From: Porphyridium purpureum | Lineage: Eukaryota | DNA length: 64,000 nucleotides | Direction of reading: 5' to 3' | Assembly (NCBI GenBank): GCA_008690995.1 | Contig: VRMN01000001.1 | Location: 1,736,001-1,800,000 of the forward strand | Shown: in pieces, positions 42,486-50,790 of the stretch | Layout: every line of letters starts with the position of its first letter | How positions within the stretch are numbered: the first letter of the stretch is position 1 | The notes under the pieces: model-generated | Databases searched by the model: none | What the model saw: the letters and a program-made list of their open reading frames with translations, nothing else | Told to the model about the DNA's origin: nothing | Made by a program: the position numbers and the translations under genes

Positions 42486-42548
42486 ATGGTACAGTAGGTT
42501 CAGTATGTTCAGTAGGTTCGGTAGGTTCGGTAGGTTCGGTAGGTACAG
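42486..42548. repeat. 9-bp tandem array (TAGGTTCRG-like, 7 units) in a divergent promoter
   Basis: atggtacag taggttcag tatgttcag taggttcgg taggttcgg taggttcgg taggtacag. Confidence 0.9.
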
Positions 42549-42652
42549 TGTTATTTTACAGGCTGGCGGAGATTTGTTTTTGTAAGGGGTAGGAGGAAGA
42601 GAACGAAGGAGGGAGCAGAGTGGGAAGAGAACAGGGCGGACGTGGGTTTAGG

Positions 42653-43900
42653 ATGGAGGATAGTGAAGGAAGAGGCGCGGACGCAGAGAGCCGTCTGTCG
42701 TCTCAGAAGGTCCCGTCAAGTGGCGCGACGGCAGTGGAGGCCTTGGCGTTGGGCGCGCGGAATGTGGGCGTGGGTGTGGGCGAGGACGACTGTGAGATGG
42801 AGCGTGTCTGGATGGACGCTGCGACAGCAGTCAATGGTGCGAGGCGGCGTGGATCCGGCAGGGGATTGCGGGATACGCGTGTGAAGAGCGAGCTGGTTTT
42901 GCCCGTGAAGGGGAGCGCGTCGGGTCCGCGAGAAGGGGTGGCGCGGCGTGACGAACATGACGGCGCGCGCGAGAATGTTCATGGAGAAGAGCGCCACAAG
43001 AAGGGCGCTGCAGCGTTCCCAGTTCATCCGTGCGACGTGGAGTCACAGCAGGGTGTGCAGCAAGATGGCGGCGGCGGCGGCGGGGAAGACAAATCTTTGG
43101 CGAGAAGCACGAGGGTCACATTTGATGGGACGGCATCGCCGCTGCCGCGGATGCACAGCGCGCTCGTCTCCTTTTGTGAGTCGCGCGGCATCTCGGCACG
43201 CCAGCTTCGCATCATACTGCGCGCGCTGGCACGCACCTTCACGTACTGCCTCTATGATTTATTAAGCGTCAAGGGTTTTCGCGACGGCGGGCGCATTGTT
43301 AAGATCGCCGCGGAAGCCGGCATTGATGAGGTGATTCCGCCCATGTCTTTTTCGTTCTGGCGCCACTTTTTTGAGTATCTGCTGCCATGCGGAATCTCTT
43401 CATTGGTGCTGCTGTACCTTGTGCCACGTCGCCGGGGCGCGATGGACTCTGGTAAGTATTCTCACAGCAGCATCGCAAGCCGCTTGCGCAATGCTGGACT
43501 GATGCTGTTCCGCTTTGCGTATCGCATCGTGCGACAGGCAGTGATATACCGGCTATTTTTTGCCGTGGGGTCGTACAAGTATTACTTGGTGACGCTAGCC
43601 GCCATCGTTTGCGCCTTTTTCCGGGAGGAATGCCTGTGGGATCTGTTCAATGTGCACAAATGGCCGTCGCACTTTTGCTTCGCGCAGGGCTGGCGAGCGA
43701 TTCTGCAGACGGTCGCGTACGCAAGCGCGTTCGCTCTCCCCCTCGCGTCATGGTCACCGATATTCCAGACCTCCTATCGCCGCGGGAACATGAAGAAGCT
43801 GATCTTCTTTTCGTCATGGATCGTCTTTGTTCGCCTTTACTCATGGCTGCTGAAGCGCATGAGATCTGCGCGAAGAAGGTATCCCGGGTTGCTGGTGTGA
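42653..43900 (+). CDS. Hypothetical membrane protein
   Basis: Long ORF with a disordered N-terminal half and several aromatic/hydrophobic segments; no family recognised. Confidence 0.65.
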   Translation: MEDSEGRGADAESRLSSQKVPSSGATAVEALALGARNVGVGVGEDDCEMERVWMDAATAVNGARRRGSGRGLRDTRVKSELVLPVKGSASGPREGVARRDEHDGARENVHGEERHKKGAAAFPVHPCDVESQQGVQQDGGGGGGEDKSLARSTRVTFDGTASPLPRMHSALVSFCESRGISARQLRIILRALARTFTYCLYDLLSVKGFRDGGRIVKIAAEAGIDEVIPPMSFSFWRHFFEYLLPCGISSLVLLYLVPRRRGAMDSGKYSHSSIASRLRNAGLMLFRFAYRIVRQAVIYRLFFAVGSYKYYLVTLAAIVCAFFREECLWDLFNVHKWPSHFCFAQGWRAILQTVAYASAFALPLASWSPIFQTSYRRGNMKKLIFFSSWIVFVRLYSWLLKRMRSARRRYPGLLV

Positions 43901-43990
43901 GAGTGGAGGGGTAGAATGTTGCCGTGCGTTTCGTCAAACGAGGTTGATTTCGGTGATGATTCGCGGGTATTCATGGTTGCTCTTTAGTTC

Positions 43991-44782
43991 TTAGTTGGCA
44001 CTTCTTCGCGCGCCAACACCCTGACACTCGGCACACCGCACAACTCCGCCGCCCATGCAAATTTGGCACTCGTACGTCTCGTCGACGGCGCAAATACCCG
44101 AGCCGTCACAATCAGGACAACTGTGCTGGCCCGTACCCTTGCAGTATCCGCACGGTCCACTTCCCGACAGGGACTTTGGTGCGGCGCCCGCGACATAGGC
44201 AGTGTCCACATTTTCAAAGCGACCAAAGGGGTCCTTTCTGCCACGCTGCTTTTGCGTGGTCATCCGAGACACATCAATTACCATCTCATCGCTGCCTTTG
44301 GCGAGCACGACCGCGGTACTGCACGCACGAATCAGCTGTGATCCACCGGCCCATTCTGGATCCTCGAGCTCGCACGTGCACGCGCCGCATAGACCGGTCT
44401 GGCAACCGCGTGGAATGCGCAGATCCACCGAGTCGCCAACGGCCATCAAGTTATCGCCGGGCTTTGCCGCCGCAACAATATCCTTCCCGGAAGGTGTATT
44501 AATAAACCGCACGGCGATTTCTCCCGGTAGCAGAGTGTAATCGATTGGCCTTCCCTGTGCAGTCGTCGCAGTCGCTTGCGTGTCTTTCTTATTCTCGTCA
44601 CCATCGCTGGCGCCGCTACTATCCGATGCTTCCGCGTTCAACTGCCAGTCTCCCAGACTGCGATGCGCTTGCCGCTTCTCCCGCTTTGCCTGCCACAGCC
44701 GAGCGCGGGCGACAACCGCGCCTGACTGCGACCCGCCGCGCGCGTCGCGCTCATGCGCACGTGCTGCGCGCGCCACGCGCAT
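43991..44782 (-). CDS. 2Fe-2S ferredoxin domain fused to a DnaJ-type (CxxCxGxG)4 zinc finger
   Basis: IPRGCQTGLCGAC..IRAC; CGYCKGTG, CPDCDGSG, CQICMGGG, CAECQGVG. N-terminus uncertain. Confidence 0.8.
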   Translation of the reverse strand: MRVARAARAHERDARGGSQSGAVVARARLWQAKREKRQAHRSLGDWQLNAEASDSSGASDGDENKKDTQATATTAQGRPIDYTLLPGEIAVRFINTPSGKDIVAAAKPGDNLMAVGDSVDLRIPRGCQTGLCGACTCELEDPEWAGGSQLIRACSTAVVLAKGSDEMVIDVSRMTTQKQRGRKDPFGRFENVDTAYVAGAAPKSLSGSGPCGYCKGTGQHSCPDCDGSGICAVDETYECQICMGGGVVRCAECQGVGARRSAN

Positions 44783-45359
44783 TCGCCGCTCGCGCGCCCA
44801 CGCCCGCCCCGCCCTGGAACGCAGGCACAATCAGCACGTCCGCTTTGTGCTTCTCGCGCTGCCCGCGCACCGCTCCATCCATGCTCACCACTCTCTGCCG
44901 TCACGCTCTGTCCTTCTCACATAATCTCCCACCTTGCCTTCTCCCTTTCGCTCCCTTCAAACATCTCACATTCGTCATAAGCGCCGGCGACGTCGCAACA
45001 GTTCGCAACAGAACACCCACACACCTCATCGTACTGTACCTCCAAAGTACTGTGATATAAAAAAGAGGTTAATCAAAATATTAGAGTAATCTTCTTTTTT
45101 CCTTTTTTTAATTGTTTTTTTTTGGCGCGCGCTGCGAAATGTCGGGGACGGGCGGGCAGGAAGAGCAGAGGAAGGAGCGAGGCAAGTTGGGTTCGACGTG
45201 GACGTCGAGTGCGGCGGTGGTGGAGGTTGCGGTGGAGGTGGTGGTGGTTGCGGTGTGCGCGTAACATACCGGCAATGTTGATTTACAAAGCGGCGCGACG
45301 GAGGAGAAAAACGCGTAGGTGGAGAGGAAGCGGCGGAGAGCAGACCGAGCCACGAGGAT

Positions 45360-47174
45360 ATGGGCTGGGAGAGTGAGGGCGTCGCGGCCGCGGGACCGGG
45401 AACTATGGCTGAAGGAATGGCAGGCGTGGAAAGCCACGTGGCTGCTGCTGCTAGGTCGGACGTGGTGATGCGCACAGAGTGTCTGGCAAAGGCGCTGGAC
45501 GTGTTGGCGTACGAGTGGGTGCAGAATAGCTGGGAGGATCTGGACATCGAGTCCTTTGCGCAGCTGGTGGCAGTCGTGGAGCGTTGCGCGTCCAAGAACG
45601 TAGTTCTGCGCTTCAAAAAGGTGTGCGCAGTGCGCTTCATGGAGTCTTTACCGCCTTTCGTCGAGCAGTACGCGCGCTGGGTGAATGATCAGAGCGTGCT
45701 GAGCGCGAATGAAATTGCTGTAGACGATTTGAAAAGCGTCGCCAGGAGGCTCACAGTACTGTGCGTTGCATTCGAGCCTGCCGAATTTTGTGGTGCATCG
45801 GCCGGGGCGGGCGCCGCGGTCGCCGGGACTGCGGACTTTGTGGACCCTCAAATCGAGCGGGAGTGGCAGGAAGCGCGGCTCCAGATGTGCGCGCTGCTAA
45901 TCTGGATCAGTGTGCTCGACATCTGCGCGGAGGATGATCTGGATGAGCAAAGACAAGTGCTGCGTGAATCAATGCGCTACCTGGACGGTACAGACCTAGA
46001 GCATAGCTCGTGTCGTTCGTACCGAGCCGCCTTTGACGAGGCACTGGCCAACGAGCAGCAGGCCCCCGCGGCCCTGCTCAAGCAACATCGCGCCGACAAT
46101 CTCAAGAACTTGGCAGTTGTGCAGACGTTTGTGAATCGGCTCGAGAATGTGGATGGTGAGCTCCGCGTGCCCTGGCTTCACAAATTCTCGGACCTGTTCA
46201 AGGCCACCGATCTCGAGACATTCGCGCGCGAGATACAAATAAATCCCGTGGGCGTCGGGGAGGCTGATGAGCAACCGTCTTTCGAACTGTCTGAGTTTGA
46301 GCCAACATTGATGTGGACCGGACAGCTTGGCGTCTTTGCTCCTCAGTCTATGGATCATTACCATGGTCTTGTCCTTTCCCTGCTCGATCGAAAAATTCAG
46401 CAAATGCGCGACGTAGCAGCGACCGGTGGAAGTGCGGCTTTGACGTCCAAAAAGGACTTTGTCAAATTGGGTCTGAAACTGGCACTGGCGTCGGAGGCGT
46501 ACACTCCTCTGTCGTCAGCTGCCATGCCATCCTCATCGATCCCCGCACTAGAGGGGACCGCATTGGGTGTGACTTCTGCAAGCGCCGTAAATGCTTCACC
46601 CGCCAAGTTTTGCGATACTGGGGTGCTTCTTGGTAAGCGCGAGCTCGAATCTGTGGAGCACCACGTCGAAAGGACGCCGAATGCTGAGGGCTTTCCCGCG
46701 GAACAAGCAGCAGGCGATCATTTGAACATGGACATATGGGCCGTCAGAAAAGACGGTACCGTTCGCAGCAGTGGTGAAGGAAATGGCGTTCTGACTTCCG
46801 ACGAAGGGGTACCCGTAGAAACTGGATCCCAGGCCGGAGCTGAAGCTGGAGCGGGAGATGGAGCGGGAGATGGAGATGGAGATGGAGCGGGACCGGGTGT
46901 TCGGGTAGGGACTGTGGCAGACTCGGACGCTGGGAACAAGAGTGATTCGAAGAAGAGGAAAAAATCACGGTTCTGGACGGCTGAGGAAGACGCAGAGCTG
47001 GAACGCGGGCTGGAGAGGCACGGATACGGCCGATGGCGTAAAATTCTGAACGAGGGTAATTTTGATGAGTACCGCACTCCCATCATGGTCAAGGACCGCG
47101 CGCGCGTGCTTCGGCGGCAGCTCGAGGCCAAGCAACATCAGCAGCAACCGCCGCCACATCATCCGCATCAATAG
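45360..47174 (+). CDS. C-terminal Myb (telobox-like) protein, TRF/Tbf1-like
   Basis: FWTAEEDAELERGLERHGYGRWRKIL..RTPIMVKDRAR at the C-terminus, preceded by KKRKK; helical-looking N-terminal region. Confidence 0.8.
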   Translation: MGWESEGVAAAGPGTMAEGMAGVESHVAAAARSDVVMRTECLAKALDVLAYEWVQNSWEDLDIESFAQLVAVVERCASKNVVLRFKKVCAVRFMESLPPFVEQYARWVNDQSVLSANEIAVDDLKSVARRLTVLCVAFEPAEFCGASAGAGAAVAGTADFVDPQIEREWQEARLQMCALLIWISVLDICAEDDLDEQRQVLRESMRYLDGTDLEHSSCRSYRAAFDEALANEQQAPAALLKQHRADNLKNLAVVQTFVNRLENVDGELRVPWLHKFSDLFKATDLETFAREIQINPVGVGEADEQPSFELSEFEPTLMWTGQLGVFAPQSMDHYHGLVLSLLDRKIQQMRDVAATGGSAALTSKKDFVKLGLKLALASEAYTPLSSAAMPSSSIPALEGTALGVTSASAVNASPAKFCDTGVLLGKRELESVEHHVERTPNAEGFPAEQAAGDHLNMDIWAVRKDGTVRSSGEGNGVLTSDEGVPVETGSQAGAEAGAGDGAGDGDGDGAGPGVRVGTVADSDAGNKSDSKKRKKSRFWTAEEDAELERGLERHGYGRWRKILNEGNFDEYRTPIMVKDRARVLRRQLEAKQHQQQPPPHHPHQ

Positions 47175-47345
47175 CTACACTTTGATACACACGCGCACGA
47201 CAAGTGAAAATAATAAGGAAAAACATCATGAAGGCCCGGCACAAACTCTTCTCTGCTATAGCTATACTCTGTGGCAAGCAGCGCGACTTTTTCCTTTAAT
47301 CACTCGTGCATTGCAAAGTCCTTGAATGACATCATATATACCACT

Positions 47346-49292
47346 CTACACCGTGTCGCTATTCGCCACAGAAGCATTCTGCTGGCCCCGTATGGTGCGC
47401 GGCTCTTCACCCGGCCGCTCGGGAAATTCAGGCACGCTCATGACCATCTTTTCACATGCCCAAGTGACCATCGCTTCAACCTCTTCCAAGGGCTCCTCCA
47501 GTGCAGCCTGGCGCACAAAGGCTTCGGTCCACTTGTTCAAAAACACCTCATCTGGACGAATATCCAAGCGCGCAAGCGCCCAAAGGGAGAGACTCAAATC
47601 TTGCTGGTTGACGTGTTCCAGCTTAAGCTCAAAGAACCCTAGCCACTGCGTCAGGAATTCCTCCGCCGGTACAATATCAAGCCGCCCGAATGCATACATG
47701 GACTGCGATAAAGTGTGGCCGTCCGCGCTTGGCAGGCACGGAATCATGCTTCGATACCAAAACTCAAGAAAGCGCACTTCCGGGGTGATGCTTAACCGTG
47801 CGAGCGCATAGAGCGCGCTCGATAATCCTGCACCCGTCTGATCATCGCACGACATGTAGCGTTCCTTCCACGCAGCAACAAAGTCAGCAGCCGGCCGAAG
47901 CTCCAACTTGCTTAGTGCCCATATGACGTTCGTGAGCGCCTGCGAGTTTGCGGTCCCTATGTTCCTGCGGAAAGCTCGCATCCAAGCGTCAAGGAAGCGC
48001 ATTTCTGGTTTCAGATCTAGCTGCCCCAACGCCCACATGACCGCCGCCAGTTCTCGCCCGCGCGCCCGCGACATGTCATTTTCAAATGCCGAGGTAAGCT
48101 TTTTCATAAAAATGCTCGGGGGCTGGTATCCCGTCTGAGCCATGTTCCCGAACGCCCAGAAAATACTCGATAGTTCGGTGTGGTTAAAGTTATTGAGCGC
48201 CCGGTCAAAGCCAGCGAACCAAAACGAAACAAAATCGCGCTGCGGCACGGCGCCGAGCTTACTGATTGCCCAGAGTGTGTTGGCAAGATGCTGCGGCTTG
48301 AAGTCATTCACGTTGCGCTTAAAAGCTGACACAAAGAGATTCAGGAAGCGTTCCTGATCAGGCACAATACCCAGGCATGCAAGAGCGTAAATCGAGTTGG
48401 ACAAATTTTGCGGCGTGAAATTGGAAATTTCGCGCTGAAAGCCTTGATACCAGCTATTCAAAAAGGAGTCAGGCAGGGGAATTTCGAGCTTGCCCCATGC
48501 CCAGATGGCATTCGCGAGTCCCTGTGCAGAAAAGCTGGAAAGATCGCCGGCGGCGTCAAACCAAGCGTCTACGAACTTTTGCGTGGGTCGCGCAGACGGT
48601 GCATCGAGCGAAGCCATCGCATGTACCAAATTGCAGAGGGTGATATCGTTGGCGTAAGGCAGCTGCGCTAGAAACTTGTCCTTGTCCAGCCGCTTGCGCA
48701 AGTTGAGCTTTGGTAGATGCTCTTGCATCTTGCTTGCATGCGCATGAGACCGCTGCGAGAAGTATACCATGAGACGCAATGCACGCGCGCAGGACTTGGA
48801 GGTCAAGCGCGTGTCGGTCACGATCCTGTCCAACATCACAAACCAGTCGTGCTGCCCTTTTTCACTGCTTGGAATGTTTTCGAGCCGCCGAAACACAGTG
48901 AAGACCATTTTCGCAGGGCCCGGATGATTTCTCCTGCGCTCCGGATGATCTCCCTTTGCGCGTGGCTCATCATCACGCGACAGCTCCTTCTGTCCCACCT
49001 GGGTCGCGACCTGATCACGGTCAACGTCACCGAACGAGGACGATGACGTGCCCGACGCACTGCTTGTGCCGTTTCTAGGATCACTTTCAACATCGTCCGC
49101 GCTGAGGCGCACGCCGGCGTGCGCCTTTGCCACCCTCCGCAAGCGCATCGTTCGCGACAGGACCTCGCTGCGCGCGTCGCACCGACGCGCACGGAGGGGC
49201 ACGGGCCGCGCTTCGCGGCGCCGCGCGGCAAACGCAAATGGCGACGACACGTACATCAGCGATGCGTGTCCCCTCCAGTCTAGCGGCGCCAT
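47346..49292 (-). CDS. Octotricopeptide-repeat (OPR) protein, probably plastid RNA-binding
   Basis: 38-aa periodic repeats (FSAQGLANAIWAWGKL, FTPQNLSNSIYALACL, FKPQHLANTLWAISKL, NSQALTNVIWALSKL and others); transit-like N-terminus. Confidence 0.85.
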   Translation of the reverse strand: MAPLDWRGHASLMYVSSPFAFAARRREARPVPLRARRCDARSEVLSRTMRLRRVAKAHAGVRLSADDVESDPRNGTSSASGTSSSSFGDVDRDQVATQVGQKELSRDDEPRAKGDHPERRRNHPGPAKMVFTVFRRLENIPSSEKGQHDWFVMLDRIVTDTRLTSKSCARALRLMVYFSQRSHAHASKMQEHLPKLNLRKRLDKDKFLAQLPYANDITLCNLVHAMASLDAPSARPTQKFVDAWFDAAGDLSSFSAQGLANAIWAWGKLEIPLPDSFLNSWYQGFQREISNFTPQNLSNSIYALACLGIVPDQERFLNLFVSAFKRNVNDFKPQHLANTLWAISKLGAVPQRDFVSFWFAGFDRALNNFNHTELSSIFWAFGNMAQTGYQPPSIFMKKLTSAFENDMSRARGRELAAVMWALGQLDLKPEMRFLDAWMRAFRRNIGTANSQALTNVIWALSKLELRPAADFVAAWKERYMSCDDQTGAGLSSALYALARLSITPEVRFLEFWYRSMIPCLPSADGHTLSQSMYAFGRLDIVPAEEFLTQWLGFFELKLEHVNQQDLSLSLWALARLDIRPDEVFLNKWTEAFVRQAALEEPLEEVEAMVTWACEKMVMSVPEFPERPGEEPRTIRGQQNASVANSDTV

Positions 49293-49612
49293 TTCCTCAC
49301 CCACGCCGTTCGCGTCTCTTGCGTGGAGCAGATATCTCAGACGGCACCGCGCGCACGAACGATTCGGCCAAAAAAAGATCGTGCGAAAAAAGAGCAGCTG
49401 TACTTTTTAGGTGTACTTCAATTTCAAAGTGGCGCGGTACTGGAAAACAGTCGGAATCGGCGCGCGACTTGCCTTTGGTGTGCTCTCATCCTGCGTTGCC
49501 GTTCAACTGGCTGTTGCAATGCTCATCCAGGTTTCGAGGCGCCACGCGTCATGCCCTCATGCCGGAATCTGCCGTCTTCCTGCCGCGCTGGAACAAAAAA
49601 TACTCAAGAAAA

Positions 49613-50347
49613 CTACTGGAATGTGCCGTATGCCTTGGGCCGGTCGCCGTGGGTCTTGTATGTGCTGAGGTCGTCTGGGATCGAGTCTAGCCGGCGGAGC
49701 TCGCGAGAGAGGTTCGCGTTGGCGCGCGCAAGGTACAGGTTGATGGCGTCTCGGCCCTTATTCCATGCGTCGAGCGCGGCGTCCTGGCGGCTGAGCCCGG
49801 CGTTCTGCTTGCTGAAATCGAGCTTGTCGCCCTTTGCAATGCGCCGCAGGCGATCCATTTGCTCCTCAAACTCCTTCTCCTGACTCGCGAGGTAGCGAAA
49901 GTTCGGGCCCGTGCCCTTCTCCGCAAAACTCTGCGCCCAGATCGTGAGCGGGTCGAACAAGAACCGTTGCATGTTGCTCACCTTGCGATCGATGCCGTAC
50001 TCGGCCTTTTTCGAGTTATCGCGCGCGTCACTCCTCGGCGCAAACGCGTCGAGCACGGCGTCCCACTTTTGCTCCTGAACGGCCGGATACAGATCTGTCA
50101 CAAACCAATCGATCCCGCTTTCCGCACGCGTTGCGTATCTAAAATATGAGCGCTTTGCAGTCATCAAGTCGCGATCGGCAAGTGCCTCTGGCGGGCTGAC
50201 GGCCGCCGCGGCGGCCACGGCCGCAGCGACGCAGCCGCCAAGCAGCGCGCGACGCGACACGGCCGGCTGCTCGTGCACCATGCAGACGCGCGCCGCACTG
50301 CTGCCGCGCTCCGTGCGGGCGTGCCATCCGTGACTCACAAATGCCAT
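49613..50347 (-). CDS. Thylakoid-lumen protein with bipartite Tat signal, function unknown
   Basis: MAFV transit peptide, SRRALL, poly-Ala hydrophobic core, EALA cleavage site, helical mature region. Confidence 0.78.
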   Translation of the reverse strand: MAFVSHGWHARTERGSSAARVCMVHEQPAVSRRALLGGCVAAAVAAAAAVSPPEALADRDLMTAKRSYFRYATRAESGIDWFVTDLYPAVQEQKWDAVLDAFAPRSDARDNSKKAEYGIDRKVSNMQRFLFDPLTIWAQSFAEKGTGPNFRYLASQEKEFEEQMDRLRRIAKGDKLDFSKQNAGLSRQDAALDAWNKGRDAINLYLARANANLSRELRRLDSIPDDLSTYKTHGDRPKAYGTFQ

Positions 50348-50790
50348 CGTATCCTCCTGTCCGCCTTTCTTCTTTTCGCTATCTCTCCCAACACCGGTAG
50401 ATACTACTTCCACTCCACACTCTTCACTTCTTCGAACTGCGCACGTTGTCCTTCACCGCCATCTACCCCTTCCAGATCAAAATCTCGGCACCCACTGTAC
50501 ACCCTCTGGACATGTGCTGTACCTACGCTGTACCGGCGAGGTTCAGTTTGCGGTACCGTGGATGGCTGACAGCGGATGGGATGACATTGGAATGGGGGGG
50601 TGTGAGTTTGTGTGTGTCGGTTACAAGCGTGGCGAATGGGATTCTGTACGGGAGCGTGTTCGGCACTCCGGCACTTGTCGATGCCGCGGGAGAGGCGGGA
50701 ATCAGTCGGGAGAGGCGTGCGCGTGTGGTGTGACTGAGGTCGAGTGAGAGGCACGTGGATAGCTTGGTGGCAACATAAGTAGGGCGGGCG

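Noticed and set aside
43452..43457. GTAAGT donor consensus inside the hypothetical membrane gene
   Set aside because: The ORF reads through without stops, and no branch or acceptor support was found.
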